Assembly (NCBI RefSeq): GCF_001194135.2
Contig: NC_069000.1
Coordinates: 7,449,409-7,513,408, forward strand
Reading direction: 5' to 3'
Length of the DNA: 64,000 nucleotides
Source: Octopus bimaculoides
Lineage: Eukaryota
Within the stretch, counting starts at the first letter, position 1, and the number at the start of each line of letters is the position of its first letter. Below the pieces are notes generated by a model. That model ran no database searches. It was given only the letters and a program-made list of their open reading frames with translations, and was not told the origin of the DNA. Positions 1 to 12,525 of this stretch are shown piece after piece. The position numbers and the translations under genes are program-made.

Positions 1-1193
1 AGGGTGTCACTCTGCGCTTACTTTAGCTTCAGTTTTACTTTCAGGGTTTACCACTGGTGTGGGTGTGTGATTTTACATCTATATTTAAAGATTTCATACA
101 GCCAGCCACATTAGAAAGCAGTTGTGTGTGTGTGTGTGTTAGATATATGTTCATTGTTGTTGCTACAAAACTAAAGACCAATTACAACAACAAGCCAGTC
201 AGAATACAACATAAAATAAAACAATTTTGGTTGTATTGTTATTATTATTGACTGTTTTTTTTTTCATTACATGGATGTTGCCATGTTACCTAATGTCTGT
301 GTGTTTGAGTAATTACTTTTCTAGTTGGATGGACTCTGATAACCATTGAACTGTGAAGTAAGGAGTGGTGCTGCCTTGTTTATTCTGTTCAGCCATGTAA
401 ACTGGAGTAATATGAGTGGGATACGTTTAATTGCCATGGAAGAATTTAACATTTCAGTGCACCTGTCCTTCATCTGTGGGTGAGGAACACGGAAAGTGGT
501 CGAGCACTTGACCTTTGTTTTGGAATAGATGTAAGGAAGAGTAAGGAAAGCAGTATGGACTATTAAATTTCTAAGGGGAAGGGGAGTTACTCTAAACTTT
601 TTTTTTTAATATTGATGTGGTTTTTTAGTAAGTTTGCTCCCCAACCACAAGGCTCTGGGTTCAGTCCTACTGTGTGAAACCATGGGCAAATCTCTTTTAC
701 TATAGCCTCAGGCCAGCCAAAACCTTGTTAGTGAATTTGGAAGACAGAAAGTAACTTAGTAGTTTGGTAAAAGGGACAGGATAAGTATCAGGCTTTAAAA
801 ACATAAGTCCTGAGGTCTCTTCATTCAATTAAAATTCTTCAAGGCAGTGCCCCAGCATGGCCGCAATCTAGTGACTGAACCAAGTAAAAGATGAGAAAAA
901 AAAAACAGTTAAAGTTGCTGGATCTTGAATATTGGGTGTATTTGTTGGCTTATTCCCAAATTTTCCTCTTGATGTTGAAATTGATATGCTTGTGCCTCAA
1001 ACACAAATGTATCTTGACAAAGTGGTATGATGTCTGTGTGCCTGGCTGGTTCCTGAAAGCTCTGTATATTGGTTATATTGCAGTTAAAACAGGTTACCCA
1101 TTAAACCAATATAATGTATAATTAATGGTATTTATTTACTGGTGTCCCATCAACACAATAGCCTTACAGGCCTTGTAGACATTGACCATTTCA

Positions 1194-1408
1194 CCCTTTA
1201 ATGTTCAGATTACTCCATCAAATGTAATATGTATTTATTCACATTGTTTTGAATTAATCATGCATTATCTCATAGCTTCCGGTGATGTGATTGTTTATTT
1301 TTTTAGAATGATATTGTTGGGTGGATGTGAGAGGCTGGATCTGGTCACTTTGAACATAAAGGAGGTAGAATATTTGAACCAGATATGACTGGTTTAGATG
1401 CTAAAAGG
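1194..1408 (+). mobile_element. piggyBac-like MITE, family A (degraded)
   Basis: Starts ccctttaatgttcag, ends gatgctaaaagg|ttaa; homologous to 31615-31834 and 61797-62015. Confidence 0.65.
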
Positions 1409-2217
1409 TTAAAGGGCATGAGACTGGATTCATGAAATTACATGGGGCAGTGGTATGCAGAATATCAGAAAGACCTGAGTTTTTTTGTTTTTTTAAAAAT
1501 TTATTTAAAAAAAAAATTTTGCCAGTATCCTACCAATCATTCTATCATGTTGGTGTGAGAGGATGAGTGCAATATTTAATTATGAATGATTTTCTGAAAC
1601 TTCTCTTGTTTGAACTCCACTATCAATCTTTCAACTTTACCTATTCAATCACACACACACATACACACAATAGAAATGGTAAAGTCTGGAACTGGAGTAA
1701 ACTGGTGATGGTGTACAGTGGTGGCAATCTATAGACATGTTGAAGTTCATTTGTTTCAGAGAATCAAAGATCTCTTGTTTTAGGTTTATCTCTTCATTGA
1801 TAATGTGGTCTTCGTTGATAATGTGGTTTGTGCTGTCATTAATTAAGCGAAGAAACCCCTATGCATACATTCACATTTGCTCTCTTTTTAGTTTTTTTTA
1901 ACAGCTGGGATTTTTTTTATTTTTATATTGTTTTGCTTTTCGTAAAAGCACCTGTGCTAGTGCCGCATAAAAAGCAACTAGTCCATTCTGTAAGGTGGTT
2001 AGCATTAGAAAAGGTATCAGCTGTAGAGACCATGCCAAAAGGGACAATTGTAGCCATGGTCAGCAACTGTCAAACAAACCATCCAACCCATGCCAGCATG
2101 GAAAACGGACATTCAGTGCTGATGATAATGATATTTTTTCTGTTATAGATTACTTTTATATATTCCAATTCATCAATTTAATTAGTGTCTTATAATTAAT
2201 TTTTTTTCGACTTTCAG

Positions 2218-2364
2218 AACCATTATTCCATGGAAATTATTTCGAGTAACGCTGCATGAAACCCACTCCATCGGTTCTCCACTGGAAGCAATGGCGCTAA
2301 AATCTACCATAGACTTAACGTGTAATGACTACATTTCTGTTTTTGAATTTGATGTGTTTACAAG
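2218..2364 (+). CDS. CBL: Cbl E3 ligase internal exon (TKB, EF-hand region); first Cbl exon in window
   Basis: ttcag|...|gtaagt; encodes [49 protein letters not shown], matching the conserved Cbl segment [20 protein letters not shown]; 147 nt, phase 2-2. Absent from the ORF track. Confidence 0.96.
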
Positions 2365-2748
2365 GTAAGTAAACATTTTTAGCTTTAGGTCAGCTCTGAT
2401 CTAGCAGGTGTTCTGGTAGTTACAATCCTTTCTTTTATTCAATCATAGTGTACCTATGACTACATTATCTAATGTGTTCTAAAATAGTATGGAAATTTGA
2501 GAGTGATTTGGCTGTTAATTTAACAAGGTCAGTTGTTCATAAAGAGGCTGACTTGTCTCTTATATTTTCTGAATTTCATGTTTGATAACTGACTAGTACA
2601 GAGTTTGAACTGTCAATGCCAATTTTTATATTAAATAAACTGGACTCCTTAAAATTTGGATGTAACTACCATAAGAATTTGCAACAAGCAAAATAGGTAG
2701 TTCTAAAATCTCTATAAAAGATGCAAGTAGCAACTCTACTGGAAAGTA

Positions 2749-3003
2749 ATGTTTGTTGCCACTTCAGCATAGCTGTTCCGTTCGGAGTGACATTACCTGC
2801 TATTTTTTTAACTCCAAGAGAACACCTCTTCCAGCTGATCAACTGGTCCTGTCAAATTGCTAGACGGTAAGGGTTTACTCCCCTGCTCGCAATATGTTGG
2901 ATACAGGTTGTGTCGTTAACCAGCTGGAGAAGGTGTTCTCCTGGGGTTAAAAAATAGTAACGTCACTGCGAACAGAACAACCATTTGAAGTGGCAACAAA
3001 CAT
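2749..3003. mobile_element. Foldback MITE with about 90-bp imperfect TIRs, TA flanks
   Basis: Left arm atgtttgttgccacttca...gagaacacctcttccagctg is the reverse complement of right arm cagctggagaaggtgttctc...tgaagtggcaacaaacat; TA at 2747-2748 and 3004-3005. Confidence 0.75.
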
Positions 3004-3704
3004 TACATTACCATAAGATTGTTTGGGGCAAATGTTTTACAAGAAGGCATACAACTGTGTGAGTGGTGACATACACAGTCGGATGATAATGGCATATACA
3101 GTGGTATACAGGTGGTTCTAGTGGTATATACAGTGGTATAGAATTGGACATTTTAGAATGAATGTTTTCAAGTATTTCTTGACTCATCTCTCCTAGCAAA
3201 GGTTGGTCAACAACCCAACTGGACTGACACCTTTCCTAGTAAAGGTGGGTCAATGGTCTTGCTAGGTCAAAGCTATTGTCAGGCTGTCGCCTTCCCCAGT
3301 AAAAATGTGTCAAAGGTCTTCCCAGGCTGACACCTTTCTTAGTAAAGGTCTTGTTAGGTCGATACCTTCCCTAGTAAAGGTAGGTCAATAATCCCATCTG
3401 TTGTACTTTCATTGGTCACGTGTAGGTTGTGGTGATTCCATTGCCAACAGAATGACCAGTCAATGCTATTTTTACTGCTACTACCTCTCCCTCCTCAACT
3501 TGTGTTGTTGGTAGTAGGCTTCTAAAGAGTTCTGTCAGTTTGAGCACCCCTCCCTCCACCTTCTCTTTGACATAAAGGTTTGTTGTACTTCCTGACTTGG
3601 TGATCCACTTGAGTGGTGATGGTGATGGTGGTGGAATGAATTACACACACACTATAACACATAACTGAATTATAAAGCACACATATGCACACAGGATAAA
3701 TAAA

Positions 3705-3733
3705 TTGCATGCATACACACACAACCTACATAG

Positions 3734-3781
<48 letters not shown>

Positions 3782-4210
3782 ACTAACATGGTTCACACAC
3801 ACACCACTAACACGGTTCACACACACACACACACTACTAACACGGTTCACACACACCACTTACACAGTTAACACACACACATACCACTTACACAGTTAAC
3901 ACACATACATACCACTTACACAGTTAACACACACACACACACACACAATTTGTAAATAACACAACACAGGATATACAAATACATGCAGCATACAGAGTAC
4001 AAACACACACACACACACACACAACATGAAGAAATTGTTGAAAAAAAGAATCTTGTGCTCATCATCATCATCATCACCAGTATTATTAGTCATTGTTCAT
4101 CTCAGTTGACTGAGAGAGAGAGAGAGAGAGAGAAAGAGTTACAACTAAAAGACAGAGACAATAAACTACCATCTCAGAGAGAGAGAGAGAGAGAGAGAGA
4201 ATGAGAGAGT
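3705..4210. repeat. Microsatellite cluster: (CA)n, CA-derived minisatellites, (CAT)n, (GA)n
   Basis: Direct reading. Similar simple repeats at about 6295-6345, 14420-14470, 14690-14720, 33530-33900, 38065-38140, 51370-51460, 60210-60245. Confidence 0.95.
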
Positions 4211-6292
4211 GAGACCATCAGACAAAGAGGGCAGGGTAAAGTTAAAAGAGAGAGAGAATAAGATAAAGCTACCATCTTAATTGACGATGACTTTTACATT
4301 AATATCCTGGTCATGTTATTTATTTTTATAACTTTATTATAATAAAACATTAATTAGCTAATTAGTGAGAGTTCTTTAGTTTAATAAACTAATTCCAGAT
4401 TTGCTGAATCTTTGCCACATTTAATATTCCATGAACAATGTCTGTCTGTCTGTCAATCTCTCTTTAAAAAATGGTTTTTGAAATAGAAATATTTTAAGCA
4501 CTGTTTTCTTGTATTCTTTGTTTAAGGTGCATGTGTTTATTGTAGGGATGGGTCAGCTAGGTTTATAAAGCCAAACATAGTCATGAGTTGTTTGAGAACT
4601 GGGATTGGTACAGTGGTACCAAGGAAGCTAGGTTAAGAAGAATCGGTGGGTTTTTTATTTCCATCACTGATTCTGTGTTTGGTACCGCCATTTCAAACAA
4701 CTCCTGGGGGCTTTTTTCTCTCTGGTTCTAAATGCTACGCAAGGGCTGACTTAGTCATTTGTTCATCAAGTTATTGTTGTTGCTGTTTAACCCAAGGTCA
4801 ACTATAATTGAATCACATCAATAGTAATCCAACCATGACATTTTCTCCAGAATATCTGCACCTGCAAAAGTTGATTGGTACTTTCATGTTTAAGGCTGTA
4901 AGGTGTTATTTGATAGAAATTTGGCTGCTATTTCTAATGGATCAAGTAACCACATAAAGGTTCCATTGATAGTTTGGAAGTTGATAAACTAAATTACCAA
5001 AGACAGGATTGATGGGAATGATGGGAAGTGGTGAGAGTTAGTTTCCCCCTCCTCACACACCTTCACTTAGACAATTCTTCCAGTGTACAGACATATGAAG
5101 GGAAGATAAGGAAGTACAAAAAAAATGTTCACCAAAAGTTGAATGAATGGTGCTGATTGACATCATGTTGTGTCCCCCCCCCCCACCACACTATATACCA
5201 CCTTTCTCATCTTACTGATTCAGCCCTAGGCTATGCTGTCCTACGTCAGTGGAATTTACAATTTTACTGATAACTTTCACCAAAACCTCAGAGCTGGGAC
5301 CTGACACTTCCTCAAGACATGCAATGTTCAAATAAGAAAGACAAACAAAACAAAACAAAACAAATTCCTTCCTACAATTTACCAATGCTAAGAAGAGATC
5401 TGCCAGCCACAACACCACAACACCCACCTGTTCATGGTAAACTCTTCTACAAGTGGTGCCAATGGAAGAACTCCCAGCAGGAAGTAACTCAACTGAACGT
5501 ATTCTTTGAGAGATAATTGGTGAAACTCCAATTGGTGCTGGAAAGCAAGTGGGTGGATGTCTGGCAGAGAAGTGGAGAATAATACTAAAGTAGTTATTTG
5601 TTGGTTAAGAGGGTCAGTGTTCGAAGTGTTGGATGACTGAGTCGAAGAGTTGTGAGTTCAAAACCTTCCCCTGTTGTAGTAATAGGTTTTTTTTTCCTTT
5701 AGACAAACCACAAAACTCACTTATTTCACTTTACTGAACTACGAAACACACACACACACTCACTGGAGACAAACTAAGGAGTCTCTGTATGGTTACTAGA
5801 CTTACTCAAAATATCACAATATAGTGTTAATTCTTCAGCTGTGAAATTAAATTTCATCATTATTCCAATAATGTTAAATTTCTATCAAAAAATAGAATTG
5901 GTATTTTCTACAAATCCTGTGGCCTTAGTAAACTTGACATATCTCAACAAAAAAAAAAAAGGTTTCAAACATGAAAGATAAACTGGTATATGTAACTATA
6001 AAGTTACTTTCCACAGTTAAGAGTAATGAAATTTTGAGTGGATGTACCTATTTCCCACAGGAAAAGGGTTAAATAGAAAAAAAGGACATTAAATAATGTA
6101 GATGAGCATATCTTTATACAAACAAGATGGTTACATTTCGAATGTCACACACTCTCTCTCTCTCTCTGTCTCTCTGTCTCTCTGTCTCTCTACTCACACA
6201 TGAGTTTACCTCATTAATCTAATCACCCTGAACACGCACACACGTATCACTGCTACACTACATACCATAACACATCTTAACTACTAGCATTA

Positions 6293-6346
<54 letters not shown>

Positions 6347-6835
6347 AAGTCCAAACCACCACCACTACCACCATCACCACACATACTCATGAGCAGGTAG
6401 CGAGGAGTTGTGCCAAACACCAGTACACTGTGTGTGTGAATGTGTGTTGAAATAAAGAGCAGAGGTGGTGGTTACTGTTTAGCCCAAGTTCAACTCTGAT
6501 CAAACAGATCAGAGGCATTCCAACTGTGACCATCCTGTCTTTGTCCTGTATGAAGGAAACTTCATTATCCAGTGTGACCTTCATTTCAGACAGTAGGCAT
6601 TATTTGAAGGAGATCTGACTACTATTTCTAGTAGGTCAAGTGATTTGCATCAGTTGAAGTGACTGATGAGCTGTGAATGAATGCAATCAGAGCAAATCTA
6701 TTGGAAATGTCCCTGTCAGGTGTATTGATTTGTTCCAGTAACACTGAAGTCAGTCATATATAATAAGACTGCAGAATAATGTCTAATCACATCTATATAT
6801 ATTTTGTATAACCTCTGTGTGTGTGTGTGTGTGTG

Positions 6836-7440
6836 TGATCATCACCACCATCATTTTAACGTCCACTTTTCCATGCTTGCATGGGTCAAACAAAGTTTAT
6901 TGAGACAGATTTTCTATGACTGGATGCCCTTCCTGTTACTGACCCTCATCTGTTTCTAAGCTAGGTAATTTACCCCATGGCCGGACATGTTTTTGTGGGA
7001 TATTGGACGAGAATGGCACTACTTGTATGGTAGTGACAGTCATTTTTGCCACTGTCATGTGATGCTAGGACAAGGAGACACTCACATACACACACACACT
7101 CAGATACATACACAGTCACATGCTCACATACACACATGCTCACATACACGCGCACGCTTACATACACATGCACGCTCACATACACGTGCAAGCTCACATA
7201 AGCATGCATGCTCACATACACATACGTGCTCACATACACACACATGCTCACATACATACGTGCGCTCACATACACACACTCACATACACGACAAGCTTCT
7301 TTCAGTTTCCATTTACCAAATCCACTCGCAAGGCTTTGATTGGCCCAGGACTAGAGTAGAAAACACATGCCCAAGGTGCCGCACAGTGAGACTGAACCCA
7401 GAAGCACATGGTTGTGAAGTAAACTTCTTGCCACACCTTC
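6836..7440 (-). mobile_element. Full-length composite SINE (tRNA-like head, internal (TG)n, middle domain, RTE-type tail)
   Basis: Head 7290-7440, expanded CA/TG tract 7080-7290, middle 6960-7075, tail ggaagggcatccag...gcatggaaaagtggacgttaa-(gat)n; same order as 40060-40445 on +. Confidence 0.7.
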
Positions 7441-7674
7441 ATATATATTTTTTTATTTGTATCACTCATTTGACTGCAGCTATGCTGGAGCACTCCCTTT
7501 AGTTGAACAAATCAACCCCAGGACTTTTTCTTTGTAAGCCTAGAACTTATTCTATCGGTCTCTGGAACCTAGTGTGGCTCTTGTCAAACTGTCCAACCCA
7601 TGCCAGCATGGAAAATGATGATGACATATATATATTTACATACATATATAAACTGGCTTTTCTTGCATTTCCAG

Positions 7675-7806
7675 ATTATTCCAGCCATGGACAAATTTGT
7701 TGCGGAATTGGAATGTACTTGCAGTAACACATCCAGGCTATGTAGCATTCCTTACGTATGATGAGGTGAAGGTACGCCTGCAGAAATATGTAAATAAACC
7801 TGGAAG
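7675..7806 (+). CDS. CBL: Cbl exon (TKB, EF-hand/SH2 junction)
   Basis: tttccag|...|gtaagt; (R)[43 protein letters not shown](S); 132 nt, phase 2-2. Confidence 0.97.
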
Positions 7807-8019
7807 GTAAGTCAATGTGATAATCGTATGGTGTTCATGCCTTTCCTACCAGCAGTAACTCTTTAAGGAAAGTTGTTTTGAAGTGTTGTTGAACTAAATA
7901 ACTTTACACTTTGGGTATTTAATTTATTAATCATGGGGCAGAGAAATATAAAGTTGAATTCTAGACTGCACTGGTCTATCTACTCTACCTTTTTATTTTT
8001 AATATCAAAACAATGGTGA

Positions 8020-8225
8020 ACTGGCAGAATCATTAGCATGCTGAACAAAATGCTTAGTGGTATTTTGTCTGTCTTTACATTCTGAGTTCAAATTCTACCA
8101 AACTTGACTTTGCCTTTCATCCTTTCTGGGTTGATAAAATAAGTAGCAGTTGAGCACTGGAGTCAGTTGAATTGACTTATCCCCTCCCCCAAAGTTGCTG
8201 ACTTTGTGCCAGAATTTGAAATCAA
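8020..8225 (+). mobile_element. SINE family M copy (many more in window)
   Basis: ggcagaatcattagc...ctgagttcaaattc...gactttgcctttcatcctttc.gggttgataaa.taagta.cag. Related copies at about 14110-14330, 16560-16710, 17160-17345, 17630-17850, 34750-34960, 34985-35200, 45950-46115, 48110-48320 (+) and 20030-20225, 20260-20430, 54895-55100 (-). Confidence 0.8.
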
Positions 8226-9049
8226 TATTAAAATGATGGCATGAGAAATTCCAGCTGGCTAGCTCCATATCAAACCATCCAACCCATGCCAGCATGGAAA
8301 GCAGATGTTAAACAATGATGCGCTATTCTTGTCCAAAATTTAAAATCAACAATGTTTTCTTAATCTCAGCAAATACAAAAATTTTGAAAAATCCAGTGAG
8401 CTTCAAATTCCTGTTTTCTAAAATCTGTTTTTTTCTAGGTTCTATAAGTATAAATAAGTTTGAAAGCTGAGTCACTCCAGCAGAGTTAGAAGTAGATGAA
8501 ATCTCTCTCAGTGGTTTAAAAGCACAAGTCTCCACTATCCTAATGGTTAAAACATTTGCCTGAGTGTGGGTTTTTTTTTCTCTGAAGACCTGCTATTCAG
8601 CTCTCTTGAGAGTTTCTTACCACCAACATAAAATAATGAAATATGATGTGAATATAACACTTAATAGAATCTAAACTAGGAATTTCTCTGGTTTGGTTGT
8701 TGATGTTTAATCGGTAAAGTTTGGTTAATAAACACTCAGAGATTTATACGTTTATCGCAGCAATGACAATAAGATGAAGAAAAGATAAACACCAGAAAGA
8801 GAAGTGAAAACCACTTGTGCAATAATGAGGAAAGAGATACTTAATGAATGAAGCTATTGTTTTATTCTATTGTAATTAGCTCTTAATCATTATACTTGTG
8901 GCTTTTGTCCCAGTTTTCATACCAGTAAGAAAAGAAAGGGAGAAGCACTTAGATAAACATGATGTATTCCTCATGGCACTTGAGATATCCATATCATATA
9001 GGTCCTTCACTCAACATTATTTTTCTGAGTTAATCATCTTATAATAGCT

Positions 9050-10350
9050 CTAGTCTAATATGACTACTGGCCATAACTGCACAATGGAAAATAAGTACTA
9101 TTTCATTGTCCTACTTGTGGATAGTTTTTACATTTTGAAGAGTTCTGAATCGGATGTATACAAAAATTAAAGTCACTAAGCACTTGTCTAGTTTAAGCTT
9201 CATGAAAAATCTATGGAAGTGCTTTTAACTTTTTTTTATGGCAGATAAAGCCAGGATGAAACTTGCTTTTAATCTTTTTACTGAGCTGCCATTCTACTGA
9301 AAATTGATCTGAGATATTTCAAGTCATCTGAGGTTTTTCTTTGTTTTATTTCGTTTGGTCAGCCTGATGCTAGTTGCTGTATTTTGGCTATGGCTATTGG
9401 TCAGAAGCTTGCTCTTTTCTAAACTGACTTCTGTTCCATTCAATCCTGATGTTCTTTTTAGTCTTGTGGGGAAGTTCTTACAGTCTTGCTTTGCTGCCAC
9501 CCATGAGATTGATATCATCAGTAAAACATAGGTTGCAGAGGAACCAGCCTTTGTTGTAAATGGAAATGTGGAAATCATGTAATGTCTCCTGAATGTTTTC
9601 TATGTAGATGTTAAAAAGCACTGGAGAGAGGAGACAGCATTTGTGGACTGTTCTCTAATGTTATACAGGAGAACTTGTTTGAATTTTCATACAGTGCTTG
9701 AGTCCTTTCGATGGGGTTACAATTAAAGATGCAACCCCTCATCACATGACCCCCAAACCCTCCTGCCTGACAGATCAAAGGTGTTTTCGAGGTCAGTGCA
9801 TTTGTTGTAGAGGCTGCATTGGTGTTGCAGACATTTCTTGGTCAGCAGTCTGATGTTGAATATTTTCTCTGACGTACTTCTCTTGGATCAGTTCTTCTGT
9901 GAGGAGGAAGAGCTTTCTCTGATGACTAGACCAAACTGATGGTTCTGTATTTCTCAGATTCCCTGAGCATCAGTGATGTTGAAATTGTTTCACAGACAGC
10001 CCTGCAGTTCCTATCATTCCTATCACTGAAAGTCTTGTGACTGTGACATTGTATCTAATTCTACATTGCTGATGTTAATGATTTTACGACATCTTAGTTT
10101 ATTTCTTGATTCTACATTGTTTTAATAATTCCTGTATCGTGTGATGGCTGAGTGCTCTCCCTTACTTGAGTTGGGTGGTGATCAGTCGTAGCATTAAAGT
10201 CTTTGCTATACAGATCTTCTTAATCCTCTGACACTTTGCAATTACAATTATTTCAGATTGTGTAATATGTACAAACACTATGTAGTGTTGATGTAGTCAG
10301 GTTTCAATAGTAACCGGGGACATGTTGTACACATTGTGTAATGTGTTCAG
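9050..10350 (-). mobile_element. Degraded RTE-clade LINE reverse transcriptase relic in Cbl intron
   Basis: On -: YRTISLV; IFNIRLLTKKCLQHQCSLYNKCTDLENTFD; CLLSPVLFNIYIENIQETLHDFH; CNLCFTDDINLMGGS (FADD decayed to FTDD at 9514-9525); EVSLEKSKLLTNS. Has stops and frameshifts. Boundaries approximate. Confidence 0.8.
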
Positions 10351-10389
10351 TAGATATGTTATACCCAGTTGTTCTTGACATTAGATTTA

Positions 10390-10580
10390 GTGTTTGTTGT
10401 TGTTTAATTTTGAGTCATGTCTGATTAGGCAAACTTATAATCAGGGACGTTCCAGTCGTGACCATTTTGTTTTTATCTTTTTTAGGTGTAGTGTACCTGA
10501 GATTACGTTATCCAATGTGTCTTTTCTAAAGCTGTAGGGTGTAGGTTGAGGGAAATGTGGCTGCTATTTCTGTTGAGGAA
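10390..10580. mobile_element. Further dispersed repeat family; an inverted partner at about 11385-11570
   Basis: Shared blocks cacattggataatgtagtc, gatgggatggtcatg.ctg and tatttctagcaggt; fragments also at about 4770-4960, 6470-6640, 35700-35890, 51020-51200, 55680-55870. Confidence 0.55.
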
Positions 10581-12139
10581 TCTACTTCTACATAAACTGG
10601 CCTGTGTTCCTTCATTCTAGTTCTTTATCTTTTGCTTGGTGTGGGTGAAAGACGACTAGCCTTTTGGGTGGAGTATCAGGTAACTTTACAGTCATCTATC
10701 TACACTGTGACAGGAAATAAGTGTAGTAGACAGTGCTATCTTTGCAGTTAATCTGTCTACACTTTCTGAGACAGGAAGCAAGCATACTACAGTCACTTCT
10801 TTCTGCTCACTGAGATGCAGATGTAAGTGTATTTATTACACAGTGAAAGGACTCCTCAAGAAGTGTTGAACTGAACTGATAGTTCATTGCTAACACAAGG
10901 ACCATATTTCTGTTTGAAGAGGTAAAGTGTGTGATGTGTAAGTGTCTGAATATCAAACACATGAGTTTGTCAGGGAGTGAGATGTTGTGATGTTAATGCA
11001 TTTTGCCATTATAAAAATAGCTTAGGTGAAAGGAAATTCTTTGGACTATTATTGAAATTGAATTGTTTATTTGGGTTGAGCACAGCTGACCCCTTTATAA
11101 TTAGTTGATCATTTGCATAATTGGATCTTAATTATTATTTTTTATCTTTTATCAATCAGATTAAGTGTTTAGGAGGGAATGGTATCTGGCTTGTAATAAT
11201 ATCTAGTTGTAATTAACTAATTAAAATACTTTATTAGTGTACAACTCATTATTACTGCTCATGATGACTCTGCTAACTTCATGTGATGTCAGTCATCTTT
11301 TCCCTGTTTGTAATCCCAGACTATGACAAACTATATCTTTATTAGAGAGAAAGTCAACCATGCAATAGCCACCAATAAAGGACTCTCTATGTAGCCACTT
11401 AACCTGCTACAAATGGTGATCAAATCTCAAATCACATCTGCCATCTTACACTATGATGGACACATTGGATAATGTAGTCGAGGTTATATAAAAAGATGGG
11501 ATGGTCATGACTGAAAGTTCTTAGTTATAGGTCTGCTCAAACATCTGATTAAACACTGACAACCACCAAGACACACACACCATTTGCCTACTTTAATATA
11601 TCCTGGATATTACTCAGTCATCTCTAGAGATTCTTCTGCCCCGTCTTTTATAGAAATGTTGTCTTTCAGAAAGCAGAAAAATTTTTTAAAAGACAACAAA
11701 AATAAATTAAGTTCCTTATCCCCAGAATGTGGGATTCCAGGATTTAATTGCTCTCACCACTCCTTCCTCTGTAGTCTGGCATCCAAAACCGAATGGTAGG
11801 CTATTTTTAAGCTTTTGTACAGCTGGAATATATGTAATGTTGCAGCATGGTCATGGATGTGACAGCTAAAACTACAGAACTACCATTGATACAGTTATTG
11901 TAACAAACACTGTGTGTGTGTAGGGCAGTTGTTTGGGCCTATGAATGCTGTGACCTTTCACTATAAGATGTGGCTTTAAGTTCTGAGACATTTTGGACAC
12001 AGGAGCATAAGTCTTCAGTGTTGGTCTATGCCCTCTATCTCTCTATACAGTAAAACCATCTAAAAATAATAGCCATACTTGCCTCAAATCATATTCTATC
12101 ATTTTAAGAAGGGAAGGACATATTGGATAATATAGCGCC

Positions 12140-12525
12140 CTGAGAGATAACCAGCCCATTTAAGAGTACCCTTCAATCATTGGGCAATAAACTGCGCTTG
12201 CAAAGACCTGTTAAGGCAAGTGAAGTCATTGTCATGGCCGATGACAGTACCACCTGATTGGCACCCGTGCTGGTGGCACGTAAAAAGCACCATTCGAGTG
12301 TGGCCGATGCCAGTACCGCCAGACTGGCCCTCATGCCAGCGGTATGTAAAAAGCACCCACTACACTCTCGGAGTGGCTGGCGTTAGGAAGGGCATCCAGC
12401 TGTAGGAACTTTGCCAGATCGGATTGGAGCTTGGTGCAGCTTTCTGGCTTGCCAGCCCTCAGTCAAACCGTCCAACCCATGCCAGCATGGAAAGTGGACG
12501 TTAAATGACGATGATGATGATGAGT
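12140..12525 (+). mobile_element. RTE-type 3' fragment with two hairpin units and (GAT)n tail
   Basis: Two units of gccagtaccgcc.gactggc...cgtgc.ggtggcacgtaaaaagcacc, then cactacactctcggagtggctggcgttaggaagggcatccag...ccaacccatgccagcatggaaagtggacgttaaa(tga)n. Short tails of this family also at about 1950-2130, 7560-7625, 8250-8320, 58140-58300 (+) and 13270-13440, 14470-14640, 16720-16920 (-). Confidence 0.75.

Noticed and set aside
3522-7502. HT/CV/YI-rich ORFs (also near 33.5, 38.0 and 51.3 kb)
   Set aside because: Translations of (CA)n, (TG)n and (TA)n microsatellites.
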